From positions 306,063 to 370,062 of the forward strand of contig CAVYYM010000029.1 in the NCBI GenBank assembly GCA_963772715.1: a stretch of DNA of 64,000 bases, in the 5' to 3' direction. Source of the DNA: an uncultured Bacteroidota bacterium (lineage in GTDB: Bacteria; Bacteroidota; Bacteroidia; Bacteroidales; VadinHA17). The notes beneath the pieces are model-generated. The model was not told where the DNA came from. It did no database searches and was given only the letters and a program-made list of their open reading frames with translations. Each line of letters opens with the position of its first letter. Within the stretch, counting starts at the first letter, position 1. Of this stretch, positions 53,264 to 63,999 are shown piece by piece. Both the position numbers and the translations under genes were made by a program.

Positions 53264-54769
53264 ATGGATATTCTGAGTCTTTTTATAATAATACCACTGC
53301 TGACAATTACCGGCATCATCCTGGTAAGGGATATGAGGAGTGTGAAAATTGTGGCGGCCCTCGGTATGGGTATTCAGCTGATATTGTCGGCCATACTTAT
53401 TTTTCTTTATGTTTCAGAGCGCAAGGGAGGCAATACCGATGAAATGCTCTTTATTAAAGATGTTGTATGGTTCACGAGCCTGAACATTCATTATGCAGTC
53501 GGCGTTGACGGGATCTCTGTAGCCATGATCGGACTTACCTCCATAGTAGTTTTTGCAGGGATTTTTGCATCGTGGGAGGTTGAATTCCTGAGAAAGGAAT
53601 TCTTCGTATCACTTATCCTTCTGGCCACAGGGGTTTTCGGTTTCTTCATCTCCATCGATCTTTTTACCCTTTTTCTGTTCTACGAACTTGCAGTGATTCC
53701 AATGTATCTGCTTATAGGCATCTGGGGAAGCGGACCCAAGGAATACTCGGCAATGAAGCTTACCCTCATGCTGATGGGCGCATCGGCGCTTCTTCTTGTT
53801 GGCATTATTGGCATATACATGAACTCTGCTCCTGATGGCATTCAGAGGACATTCAACATGCTGGAGATCAAGCAATATATGATACCGATGAATGCCCAGA
53901 GGATTTTCTTCCCGCTTACATTTGTCGGATTTGGTGTTCTTGGCGCTCTTTTCCCGTTTCATACCTGGTCGCCTGATGGTCACTCATCTGCGCCAACGGC
54001 AGTATCGATGCTTCATGCCGGAGTGCTGATGAAGCTGGGAGGGTACGGTGCCTTCAGGGTGGCTATTTATCTTATGCCTGAAGCAGCGAAGGAATTATCA
54101 TGGATATTCCTGATTCTTACCACAATAAGTGTTATTTACGGAGCTTTTGGGGCCATTGTCCAGAAGGATCTTAAGTACATCAATGCATATTCTTCAGTCA
54201 GTCATTGCGGACTCGTACTCTTTGCAATACTTATGATGAACAAGACCGCAATGAACGGTGCAGTGATCCAGATGATATCGCACGGGTTGATGACTGCGCT
54301 TTTCTTCGCCCTTATAGGGATGATATACGGCCGTACACATACGAGGATAATCAGCGAGATGGGCGGACTCATGAAGGTGATCCCATTCCTTTCGGTCTGT
54401 TACGTGATTGCAGGCCTTGCCTCATTGGGACTTCCCGGATTAAGCGGTTTTGTGGCAGAGATGACAATATTTGTGGGTGCATTCCAGCATCCGGATTTAT
54501 TTCACAGGATCCTGACGATAGTTGCAATTACCTCAATGGTGATCACGGCAGTTTACATTTTGAGAGTCATTGCAATTCTCCTGCTTGGTCCTTTGAAGAA
54601 TACGCAATATGAGAATTTCAGCGATGCAAAGTGGTATGAAAAGACATCTACCATTGCACTGATTTTGCCTGTTGCAGCGATTGGATTAGCGCCTTTCTGG
54701 CTTTCTTCCATGATCGGAGCAAGTATGCAGCCGATAATTGACAAGATTTTGTCAATCAGTTTATTTTGA
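53264..54769 (+). CDS. nuoM: NADH-quinone oxidoreductase subunit M
   Basis: FPFHTWSPD, LMKLGGYG, AYSSVSH, GLPGLSGFVAE. Confidence 0.93.
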   Translation: MDILSLFIIIPLLTITGIILVRDMRSVKIVAALGMGIQLILSAILIFLYVSERKGGNTDEMLFIKDVVWFTSLNIHYAVGVDGISVAMIGLTSIVVFAGIFASWEVEFLRKEFFVSLILLATGVFGFFISIDLFTLFLFYELAVIPMYLLIGIWGSGPKEYSAMKLTLMLMGASALLLVGIIGIYMNSAPDGIQRTFNMLEIKQYMIPMNAQRIFFPLTFVGFGVLGALFPFHTWSPDGHSSAPTAVSMLHAGVLMKLGGYGAFRVAIYLMPEAAKELSWIFLILTTISVIYGAFGAIVQKDLKYINAYSSVSHCGLVLFAILMMNKTAMNGAVIQMISHGLMTALFFALIGMIYGRTHTRIISEMGGLMKVIPFLSVCYVIAGLASLGLPGLSGFVAEMTIFVGAFQHPDLFHRILTIVAITSMVITAVYILRVIAILLLGPLKNTQYENFSDAKWYEKTSTIALILPVAAIGLAPFWLSSMIGASMQPIIDKILSISLF

Positions 54770-54794
54770 TTTTGGATAAAGAGTAAATAGGTAT

Positions 54795-56216
54795 ATGAAT
54801 TTACAAGATTTATTATTAATGCGTCAGGAGTTGCTGCTTGTACTTGTGGCGATAACAATTCTGGCTGCTGAAATATTCCGGAATCCTGCAGGAAGGAATT
54901 CGATAAGCCTTTTCGCAGTAATTTTGTTTTCAGTGGTTACTGCAGCAGGAATGATCCCTTCGGAAGAGGGGATTCTCTTCGGAGGCATGTATATAGCCTC
55001 CCCTCTGACAACATTGATGAAGAACATATTGAATATCGGAGTATTGATCGTTCTGATTCAATCCTTCACATGGCTCAGAAAACCTGAAAATTCAGAACGT
55101 GTAAGCGAATATTTCATTCTTATTTTTTCAACCCTCGCCGGCATGTATTTTATGATCTCGGCTGGTCATTTCCTTATGTTTTACCTTGGACTTGAGCTTG
55201 CCACTATTCCAATAGCTGCACTTGCCGCTTTCGAGCGATACAAAAACAAATCGGCAGAAGCCGGGATAAAGCTGATACTTATCTCGGCCCTTTCATCGGG
55301 AGTGCTTCTTTATGGATTGTCAATGATATATGGCACTTCGGGAACATTGTACTTTTCTGATCTTTCCAAGGTTTTTATAGCAGGCAATCTTCAGATCCTG
55401 GGATTTATCTTCTTTTTTGCAGGGATGGCATTCAAGATCTCCATCGTGCCGTTCCATCTCTGGACCGCAGATGTATATGAAGGAGCTCCAATCAACGTAA
55501 CATCATATCTTTCTGTTATTTCCAAGGGCGCAGCCTTATTCATCCTTATCCTGATCCTTTATTCGGTCTTTCCAGTTATCACGATCTCCTGGCAGAAGAC
55601 GATTTTAGTCACCTCCATACTGACGATGACCATAGGAAATCTTTTTGCCATTCGTCAGCAGAACCTCAAGCGCTTCCTTGCATTCTCTTCCATATCGCAG
55701 GCAGGATACATACTGCTGGGTATTATCGGAGCCAACCAGCTTGGAATGACATCAGTGGTTTATTATATGATTGTTTACATATTCTCAAACCTTGGCGCAT
55801 TCGGAGTGGTGACTGCCATTTCCAATGCCACCGGCAAGGAGAATATAGATGATTACAACGGTCTTTATCAAACCAATCCCGGGCTAAGCCTGACGATGAC
55901 TCTTGCCTTATTTTCACTCGCCGGGATACCTCCTGTGGCAGGATTTTTCGGCAAGTTCTTCCTGTTTACTGCGGCTGCTGAGAAAGGATTCTACTTTCTT
56001 GTTCTTGTAGCTGTGCTTAATACCATAATTTCACTCTACTACTACCTTCTTGTTGTGAAGGCGATGTTCATAAATAAAAATGAAAATCCGATAACCAGAT
56101 TTAAAAGCGACCTGCCGACACGTGTTGGCCTGACAATCTGCATTGCAGGCATCTTTGCGACAGGATTTGCCAGCATCATTTTTGAATATATCAGGAGTAT
56201 CAGTTTTGGAGCTTAA
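54795..56216 (+). CDS. nuoN: NADH-quinone oxidoreductase subunit N
   Basis: FKISIVPFHLWTADVYEGAP, SLAGIPP. Confidence 0.93.
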   Translation: MNLQDLLLMRQELLLVLVAITILAAEIFRNPAGRNSISLFAVILFSVVTAAGMIPSEEGILFGGMYIASPLTTLMKNILNIGVLIVLIQSFTWLRKPENSERVSEYFILIFSTLAGMYFMISAGHFLMFYLGLELATIPIAALAAFERYKNKSAEAGIKLILISALSSGVLLYGLSMIYGTSGTLYFSDLSKVFIAGNLQILGFIFFFAGMAFKISIVPFHLWTADVYEGAPINVTSYLSVISKGAALFILILILYSVFPVITISWQKTILVTSILTMTIGNLFAIRQQNLKRFLAFSSISQAGYILLGIIGANQLGMTSVVYYMIVYIFSNLGAFGVVTAISNATGKENIDDYNGLYQTNPGLSLTMTLALFSLAGIPPVAGFFGKFFLFTAAAEKGFYFLVLVAVLNTIISLYYYLLVVKAMFINKNENPITRFKSDLPTRVGLTICIAGIFATGFASIIFEYIRSISFGA

Positions 56217-56228
56217 ACTTTTACGGTC

Positions 56229-56561
56229 ATGGCAATTAATAATGCAAAGCATATTGTAGGTGAGATCGACGGGGTACGATGTACGATCGTCGAATCGTCA
56301 GTTCCCCTGGAGCGGGTTGCTTTTCTGAAAGAGCTGCTAGAATTCAACAATTATGATGTAAGGAAGCAAGTGATTCAGCCGGAGTCAGAAGGCGGTGAAA
56401 CCAAATATACAGTCGGAGTTACTGATCTGGTTTTCAACCCGGTTTTTGCAATATACGAACGACTGTTGAAAACACCTGAAGGAGATCATGTTACACCGGG
56501 TTACTGGAATCAGAAGTGCATTAAATGCGATCCGATGTACTGGATGAGGAGAAAAGCCTAA
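56229..56561 (+). CDS. Small soluble hypothetical protein with C-terminal CxxC
   Basis: 110 aa, 12 bp after the nuoN stop on the same strand; ends YWNQKCIKCDPMYW. Confidence 0.75.
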   Translation: MAINNAKHIVGEIDGVRCTIVESSVPLERVAFLKELLEFNNYDVRKQVIQPESEGGETKYTVGVTDLVFNPVFAIYERLLKTPEGDHVTPGYWNQKCIKCDPMYWMRRKA

Positions 56562-57310
56562 TAATTGTCTTCATTCCATATCTCCCAGGAACGGTCGGCC
56601 TGAGAGCGAAGCATCTTCATCCCCGTAATTATTTTACACCCTCTCTCCTTTCCCATTTTAAGGAATTCAGTCATTTCAGGATTGTATACCAGATCGAAGA
56701 GGATATGTCTGCTGGTAATTAGGTTATAATCGATATCAGGTTTTGATCCTATATCAGGGAACATGCCTACCGGTGTGGTATTAACAATAAGCTGCACGGC
56801 ATCAAGGATTTCTGAGTTGAGATCCTGGTAGCTCAGGACTCCTTGCCTGGCGTTCCGTGATACCATGACAGCCTCACATCCCATTTTCTTTATTGTCCAG
56901 GCTACGGCCTTGCTGCTTCCTCCTGTTCCAAGTATCAATGCTTTATGTGCTTTCCCTTTTGCGCAAGGAATCAGGGAATCCCTTATGCCGTACACATCGC
57001 TGTTGTGTGCGGAGATATATGTCTTGCCGTTTTCCCTTTTTATTTTGAGTACGTTGGCCGCACCGATCTGATCCACTATATCTTCAGTGATATTGACATA
57101 TTTAAGAATATCCGATTTGTACGGGATTGTAACATTAAGCCCGTAAAGATCACGGTTCTTCCTGATCAGGTCAGGGAATTCATCAAGTGACTTTATCGGA
57201 AAATTTTCATATGAACAATCAGTGATCTTCTCGCGGTTGAATTTTTCGGTGAAATATTCCTGTGAGAAAGAGTGCCCGAGAGGAAAACCGATAAGACCGA
57301 ATTTTCTCAT
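56558..57310 (-). CDS. aroE: Shikimate dehydrogenase
   Basis: HSFS, NVTIPYK, N-D, LGTGGS, NTTPVGM and DLVYNP motifs. Confidence 0.93.
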   Translation of the reverse strand: MRKFGLIGFPLGHSFSQEYFTEKFNREKITDCSYENFPIKSLDEFPDLIRKNRDLYGLNVTIPYKSDILKYVNITEDIVDQIGAANVLKIKRENGKTYISAHNSDVYGIRDSLIPCAKGKAHKALILGTGGSSKAVAWTIKKMGCEAVMVSRNARQGVLSYQDLNSEILDAVQLIVNTTPVGMFPDIGSKPDIDYNLITSRHILFDLVYNPEMTEFLKMGKERGCKIITGMKMLRSQADRSWEIWNEDNY

Positions 57311-58083
57311 TTATTCTTCAGATCGTCCGGAAGAAACTGGAAGAAGGTATCTCCCCGCAGGCCCAGACGCAGTGTCTCGAGTGAAATTATCTCATTAGGC
57401 GCAATATTACCGAGGTTCACGTTTGCCCCGAAATTCTTTATGAACCAGGCCTGCTGTGATTTCATGGGCGCTTCCCATATTACATTTTCAAGCTTTACAT
57501 TTTCGGATATGGCGCTTATTATTTTGTTGTTTATCGATCCATCTTCATTATAGATACCTGTGGTTCCCGACTCCCTGGCTTCGGCAATAACTTTAACAGA
57601 ACCTGCATCCAGTTCGGCTTTCATCATGGCAACCCACTGATCTGGCGTATATACCACTTCTTTCTTCTTGGAGCCCACTTCAGATATAACGGTACGGTGT
57701 TTTGACAGCTTGCGTATGTATTCAAGCTTTTGACCGGATTCGATATCATAAGATCCGTCTGACACTTCCACAAGGTCTATCTTGTATTTATCAAGGAATT
57801 TAACATATTCCCTGAACATGTCCCGGATAATAAACGCTTCGAACAGAGTACCCCCGAAATAGGGAATTATTCCCGCCTTCTTGTAAACAGAAATTTTCTT
57901 GCTTAAGCCAGGTGTTACCAGTGAGGTTCCGAATCCGAGCTTCACGAAGTCGGTATAGTTGCTTCCTACATGCATGAAATCTTCAGCTTCCCTGATGCTG
58001 AGGCCTTTATCCATAACCATCGTAAGTCCTGAATTTCTTGGTTTTTCGGGACGTTTTGGCAAAAAAGGGAGTACTTTTTTCAT
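57307..58083 (-). CDS. comA: Phosphosulfolactate synthase (ComA family)
   Basis: KPR--GLTMVMDKG, VKLGFGT, EVGSK, EARESG, GANVNLGN and LETLRLGL motifs. Confidence 0.9.
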   Translation of the reverse strand: MKKVLPFLPKRPEKPRNSGLTMVMDKGLSIREAEDFMHVGSNYTDFVKLGFGTSLVTPGLSKKISVYKKAGIIPYFGGTLFEAFIIRDMFREYVKFLDKYKIDLVEVSDGSYDIESGQKLEYIRKLSKHRTVISEVGSKKKEVVYTPDQWVAMMKAELDAGSVKVIAEARESGTTGIYNEDGSINNKIISAISENVKLENVIWEAPMKSQQAWFIKNFGANVNLGNIAPNEIISLETLRLGLRGDTFFQFLPDDLKNK

Positions 58084-58112
58084 AATATAATTGAATAATG
58101 AAGGATTTACTT

Positions 58113-59526
58113 TCAGATCAGGCTATTCGTTTTCAGAAGCCTGATGATCTTCCTTGTAAGAATGGAGCGAGGGAAAAATTCACTGAAATCGGTAAAAAGC
58201 TCCTTGTCCATCTCGAGGGCTAGCGACAGGTGGGTGTAAGCCTTGTCGTGGCTCCCTGCCTGGAGATAGAATGAGGCAAGCAGGTAGTTTATTCCAGGGA
58301 CATCCCCGGTTGACCTTATATGCGTTTTCAAGATAAGATATCGCTCTAGATGCAAGGTCTTCCTTCCGGATGATCCTGCCCAGGTCGAACCAGACTTCAT
58401 CGTAATACGGATCAAGTTTAAGGGCTTCCCGGAAACAGGCGATCGAATCCTTGATTTCATTCCTGACGTAGTGTGCCTTCCCCATGAGATACCAGTATTC
58501 CGGATTTTCATCATCGAGACGCACCGCTTTTCTGAAGAAGATCAGGCTGTCATCAGGATTGCCGGTGTTGAGTTCAACAACTCCAAGTCCAAACCAGGGT
58601 TCGGCATATTCCGGGGCAAGTTCGATAGCGTCGTGATAGTATTTTTTTGCCAGATGGACATCGCCTGTTTTCTCATAGCATTCAGCCAGATAATTCATTG
58701 CCTCGAAGCTATCAGGCTCATTATCAAGGTATTCATGGTAAACCGGTATAGCTTCCTCATACCTCTCCATATTACTGAGAATATTGCCTTTATTGAACAG
58801 GGCGAAGGTATTCTGTGAGTTTACCGCAAGTGCATAATCATATGCTTCCACGGCTTTTTCAGTCTCATCAAGCTTATTATAGATTATTCCCAGGTTATAC
58901 CAGGCGCTGTCGGAGAATGGATCTTCCTCAAGATATTTAAGGTAGCAGGCAATGCTGTTTGTAAAATCCTCGGTTTTTTCATAAGCATAAGCCAGATCAT
59001 AGAGATGTGATTTGAAATCAGGTTCCATCCCGATAAGTATGAGCAGATAAGGAATAACCTGCTCATAATAATTGAGGTTCTGCAAAACTGAAACTATTGA
59101 GAAGAGTATATTGGCGGCATCATCGGAATCTAGAGACAGGGCATAGTCGAACATTTTCCTTGCGCCCTGGATATCACCGAGCATCCCCATTGCCGTTCCC
59201 TTGGCAATATAAATCTCATGGTTACCGGGTTCTATATTCTCGAGCCGCTTTAGTATTTTGAGAGTTTCAACCGCCCGACCCTTGTCGAGAAGAACCCTGG
59301 CTTTTCTTAGTTGTATAGAAACCGAATTTGGATGTTGTCTTGTAGCAAGCGCTGCGGCTTCGTAAGCCTTCGCAGAGTTATTGCTCTCGATATAATAGTC
59401 TATTATTGATTCAAATTCAATGACATCAAAGAAATAACTTTCATTATTCCTGGTCATCCTTTCGAACTTCTGAACGGCCTGCTTCACTTCCTCCTCCCAG
59501 GAGTATCCATTCTTTTCCTCTTCCAT
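58113..59526 (-). CDS. Tetratricopeptide repeat protein, C-terminal frameshift
   Basis: N-terminal YFFDVIEFESIIDYY; multiple TPRs (DPFSDSAWYNLG). Confidence 0.85.
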
Positions 59527-59776
59527 AGCTCATTCGTTTCATTACAAAAATAACACTAATTTCCACAAGGTTTATTTGAACAGTATGCAATTATCAACAA
59601 TGAGTTATTTTTATAAACACCTGTATTTCAAAATGATACATATTTACATTGATTTTTTCTGATTTTTTTGTCTGATCAACGCAACCTCCGGAGCGAAATC
59701 TTCATCTACTGTTTATAAAACGAATTTAATTACCCTATACCCAAATTACCCTAGAATTAACCTAAATTCTACCTCA

Positions 59777-59804
59777 GAAAAACCGGGCACCCACCCGGTT
59801 TTTC
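59777..59804 (+). terminator. Intrinsic terminator with no upstream + strand gene
   Basis: gaaaaaccggg-caccca-cccggtttttc. Confidence 0.75.
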
Positions 59805-59858
59805 ATTTGATACTAAATTTAATATCTTTGCGTTAATACCTTTGTTCAACTGCACATC

Positions 59859-60873
59859 ATGAAAAAATCGGCACTTAAAGCAAGCATAGCACTTGCATCA
59901 GGGATATTGATTTCTGCCTCAGTCTTGACTTCGTGCAATAAGGATGACAATCCCATCAAATTTCCCTACGGAACCGTTCCCGATACTGTCACCACTCCCC
60001 TGACAGGAATTAATTCACAGTATGACGACTATAACATGGACATTTATCAGATGATGACAAGCTTCATACTTATCTTCTCCAGCAACAGGAACAGTTCCGG
60101 TGAATGAGTTCGACCTGGTGCAGGGAGGGGTATCCTTTAGGTGGGATCAGACCAATGGTACATTCGAGAATTTTGAGGAAATGACCTCTGATGCGTTCAT
60201 TGCCTCACTTCTCAGTACAGCCAATACCGAAGGCAACGATTTCGGACCATATCGCTTTTTCAGCACTGTGGACGGATATGAATATACGCTGCTCGCTTCA
60301 GAAAACGGAGCACAAGGACTTGACTTGTACTATCTCAAGAATTTACCTGCGTTTAACAGTCAGATCCCGACAGTCAACGGCCCCTATCCCGCCACACTTA
60401 TAAACACAGCGAGCGATGATGCTTACATAAGCTTCGATCTGAACCAGGATACTGCATATTTTTCTTCGGACCGGAGCGGGAATTTTGAAATATACACTAT
60501 CCGCAGAACCGGGGAAACGACCATATCAAACTGGCTCAATGGAGCCTTTTCACCTGCCACCCTTGTCGACAGCCTTAACAGCACAAGCGCAGACAAGTGT
60601 CCGTTCGTTTACAAGAAGATCATGGTTTTTGCCTCCGACAGACCAGGAGGAATGGGAGGATATGATCTCTACTATGCAATCTATAAAAACGGGAAATGGA
60701 GCACAGCTGAAAATTTCGGGCCGGATGTAAATACTGCTTCTGATGAATACCGTCCTGTTCTGGGACTATTGCCAGATTACACCAATTACATACTGTTGTT
60801 TTCATCGGACAGGCCAGGCGGAAAAGGAGGCTTCGACCTCTATTTCAGGGGCGTATCCATTGATACAGACTGA
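59859..60873 (+). CDS. Lipoprotein with PD40 (WD40-like) repeats, one frameshift
   Basis: Lipobox LTSC; repeated FSSDRPGG-GG-DLY; -7 element TATCTTTG at 59823. Confidence 0.8.
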
Positions 60874-60881
60874 ATCCGTCC

Positions 60882-61754
60882 TTACTTTCTGTTTTTTACG
60901 GCAAAAAGAGTGTTGCGCAGCAGCGAGACCCTTGTCATGGGTCCTACGCCGCCGGGAACAGGTGTTATGTATGAACACCGGGGCGCCACGTTTTCAAAAT
61001 CGACGTCACCTGCAAGCCTGAATCCCGTTTTAGTACCAGGAGCTGCAATCCTGGTAGTGCCTACGTCAATCACAACAGCACCCTCCTTTATCATTTCTGC
61101 CTTCACAAACCCCGGTGATCCCATGGCGGCGATAACAATATCTGAATCCCTAACGATGCTTCCGATATTCCTGGTTCTGCTGTGTACAACTGTCACCGTT
61201 GCATCCATACCTTTCTGCGAAAGAAGTATGCTTGCGGGCCGGCCTACAATATTGCTTCTTCCGATAACAACGCAGCTCTTTCCGGAAGTTTCAATCTTAT
61301 ATCTCCTTAAGAGCTCGACAATTCCGTAAGGAGTCGCAGGAAGGAATCCGGGAAGCCCGATGACCATTTTTCCCAGGTTGACCGGATGAAAACCATCCGC
61401 ATCCTTTGAAGGATCAATGGATTCTATTACCCTGTTTTCCGAGATATGCTCCGGCAGGGGAAGCTGTACTATGAAAGCGTCGATGTCGCTGACAGCATTG
61501 AATTCCGAGATCTTTGCGAGAAGGACTTCTTCCGTTATTCCCTTTTCGAATCTTACAAGAGTAGAGAGAAAGCCGACCTCTTCACAGTCCCTGACCTTAT
61601 TTGCAACGTATGTCTGGCTCGAAGGATCATTTCCCACAAGTATAGCAGCAAGATGAGGGACTCTCACTCCTGCTGATCTCATTTTTCCGACCTCACCGGC
61701 TATTTCATGCCTGATGTCGGATGCTGTTTTCCTGCCGTCGATGATCGTATACAT
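60882..61754 (-). CDS. folD: Methylenetetrahydrofolate dehydrogenase/cyclohydrolase
   Basis: VQLPLP, KDADG, GRSNIVGRP and TPVPGGVGPMT motifs. Confidence 0.95.
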   Translation of the reverse strand: MYTIIDGRKTASDIRHEIAGEVGKMRSAGVRVPHLAAILVGNDPSSQTYVANKVRDCEEVGFLSTLVRFEKGITEEVLLAKISEFNAVSDIDAFIVQLPLPEHISENRVIESIDPSKDADGFHPVNLGKMVIGLPGFLPATPYGIVELLRRYKIETSGKSCVVIGRSNIVGRPASILLSQKGMDATVTVVHSRTRNIGSIVRDSDIVIAAMGSPGFVKAEMIKEGAVVIDVGTTRIAAPGTKTGFRLAGDVDFENVAPRCSYITPVPGGVGPMTRVSLLRNTLFAVKNRK

Positions 61755-61762
61755 ATAATGGC

Positions 61763-63082
61763 TTATCTTCTTCCCATTAACTTCGCTGCATTGCCGCTTT
61801 TTGTCACCATCTTCATCATCTTCCTGGTCTCATCGAACTGCTTCAGGAGCTTATTCACTTCCTGCACCGTTGTTCCGCTGCCGGTTGCTATCCTTTTTCT
61901 CCTGCTGCCGTTGAGGACCACCGGATTCGTCCTTTCTTCCGGAGTCATGCTTCTTATTATGGCTTCAATGCTCTTAAAAGAATTGTCATCGATATCAAGG
62001 TCTTTCACTGCCTTGCCCACTCCGGGTATCATCGCCATCAGATCCTTGACGTTGCCCATCTTTTTAATCTGCTGTATCTGGGATATGAAATCATTGAAGT
62101 CGAACTGGTCCTTTGCGATCTTCTTCTGGAGCTTTCTCGCCTCTTCAGAATCGAACTGTTCCTGGGCCTTTTCGACCAGTGATACGATGTCGCCCATACC
62201 GAGGATCCGGTCGGCCATCCTGACAGGGTAAAAGATGTCGATGGCATCGAGCTTTTCGCCGGAGCTCACGAACTTGATAGGCTTGTTCACCACCGAACGT
62301 ATCGAAAGCGCAGCACCACCTCGTGTATCGCCATCAAGCTTTGTAAGGACCACACCGTCGAAATCGAGACGTTCATTGAATTCCTTTGCAGTGTTGACTG
62401 CATCCTGTCCTGTCATTGAATCGACGACAAACAATATCTCATGAGGATTAACAGCATCCCTGATTGCGGCGATCTCCTTCATCATCTCCTCGTCAATTGC
62501 AAGACGGCCGGCGGTATCGATAATGACGACATCGTTGCCTTTCAGCTTTGCCTCCCTGACAGCATTTTTTGCTATCTGTACAGGATTGAGATTCCCGTCC
62601 TCCATGTATACAGGCACTTCAGCCTGCGATGCTATTATCTTCAGCTGTTCTATGGCTGCAGGCCGGTAAACGTCGCCTGCAACAAGTACAGGATTCTTGC
62701 TTCGTTTGGTTTTCACCCACTTTGCAAGCTTACCGCTGAAAGTAGTTTTTCCGGATCCCTGTAGACCTGCAATAAGAATAATTGCCGGATTGATCTTTAT
62801 GTTGATATCGGTCTTGTCGCCACCCATGAGATCCGCAAGTTCATCGTGGACTATCTTCACCATCATCTGTGAAGGATTGACCGATTTCAGAACTTCCTGC
62901 CCCAGCGCCTTTGTCTTGACTGTGTCGGTGAACTGCTTTGCTATCCTGAAGTTGACATCGGCATCAAGCAGTGCCCTGCGAATTTCCTTAAGTGTTTCGG
63001 CAATGTTTATTTCCGTAATTCTTCCCTGGCCTTTAAGCAGCTTAAAGGATTTCTCCAGCCGTTCACTTAAATTCTCAAACAT
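61763..63082 (-). CDS. ffh: Signal recognition particle protein
   Basis: GLQGSGKTT, DTAGR, TKLDG and SRRKRIA-GSG motifs. Confidence 0.96.
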   Translation of the reverse strand: MFENLSERLEKSFKLLKGQGRITEINIAETLKEIRRALLDADVNFRIAKQFTDTVKTKALGQEVLKSVNPSQMMVKIVHDELADLMGGDKTDINIKINPAIILIAGLQGSGKTTFSGKLAKWVKTKRSKNPVLVAGDVYRPAAIEQLKIIASQAEVPVYMEDGNLNPVQIAKNAVREAKLKGNDVVIIDTAGRLAIDEEMMKEIAAIRDAVNPHEILFVVDSMTGQDAVNTAKEFNERLDFDGVVLTKLDGDTRGGAALSIRSVVNKPIKFVSSGEKLDAIDIFYPVRMADRILGMGDIVSLVEKAQEQFDSEEARKLQKKIAKDQFDFNDFISQIQQIKKMGNVKDLMAMIPGVGKAVKDLDIDDNSFKSIEAIIRSMTPEERTNPVVLNGSRRKRIATGSGTTVQEVNKLLKQFDETRKMMKMVTKSGNAAKLMGRR

Positions 63083-63111
63083 ATCTGATCAAGTATAATT
63101 CTGTTAATTTA

Positions 63112-63999
63112 TTACATTCTTTCAGGCATCTCGATTCCCAGAAGCCACATTCCTCTTCCAAGCACCTCGCTGGTGACATGTGAAAGTCCCATTCGCAGGT
63201 TGCGAACTTCAGGGTCAGGCTCTCCCAGAATGCTGAAATCATGGTAGAACTGGTTGTATTCCTTAGCCAGTTCATAGCAATAGTTTGCCACCAGTGCAGG
63301 GCTGTATGAAGAAGCTGCTTCGGTAACCGTAAGAGTAAACCTGCGTAAAAGCTTGATGAGAGCAACTTCTTTTTCACCGGCTTTCGATTCGGATAATAGC
63401 TTCGGATCGTACTTGATACCAGTCTGTTCCGCCTTTCTGAATACCGATTTTATCCTTGCATATGTATATTGAATAAATGGTCCGGTGTTTCCGTTGAAAT
63501 CAATGGATTCTGCGGGATTGAAAGTCATATTTTTCTTCGGATCGACTTTCAGGATAAAATATTTCAAGGCACCAAGGCCGATCTTCCTGAATATTTCTTC
63601 CTTCTCTTCATCAGAATATTCTGAGAGCTTTCCAAGCTCCGTCGATACATCCCTGGCAGTCTGCTTCATTTCAACGATCAGGTCGTCGGCATCTACAACA
63701 GTTCCTTCGCGCGATTTCATTTTGCCTTCCGGCAGCTCTACCATTCCGTATGAGAAATGATACAGACCGGCGGACCATTCGTAGCCCATTTTCTTCAGGA
63801 CTGCCTTGAGCACCTGAAAATGATAGTTCTGCTCATTGCCCACGACATAGAGACAGCGTTTGAAACCGTATTCTTCATGACGAAGTACAGCCGTTCCAAG
63901 GTCCTGTGTCATATATACCGCGGTTCCGTCGGATCTGAGCAGAAGTTTCTGATCGAGACCTTCACCACTGAGGTCGACCCAGATCGAGCTGTCATCATG
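63112..63999 (-). CDS. argS: Arginine--tRNA ligase (5' part outside the window)
   Basis: RSDGTAVY-TQD, KMKSR, GNTGPFIQYTYARI, C-terminal PERM; frame open to the window edge. Confidence 0.95.
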   Translation of the reverse strand, partial: HDDSSIWVDLSGEGLDQKLLLRSDGTAVYMTQDLGTAVLRHEEYGFKRCLYVVGNEQNYHFQVLKAVLKKMGYEWSAGLYHFSYGMVELPEGKMKSREGTVVDADDLIVEMKQTARDVSTELGKLSEYSDEEKEEIFRKIGLGALKYFILKVDPKKNMTFNPAESIDFNGNTGPFIQYTYARIKSVFRKAEQTGIKYDPKLLSESKAGEKEVALIKLLRRFTLTVTEAASSYSPALVANYCYELAKEYNQFYHDFSILGEPDPEVRNLRMGLSHVTSEVLGRGMWLLGIEMPERM

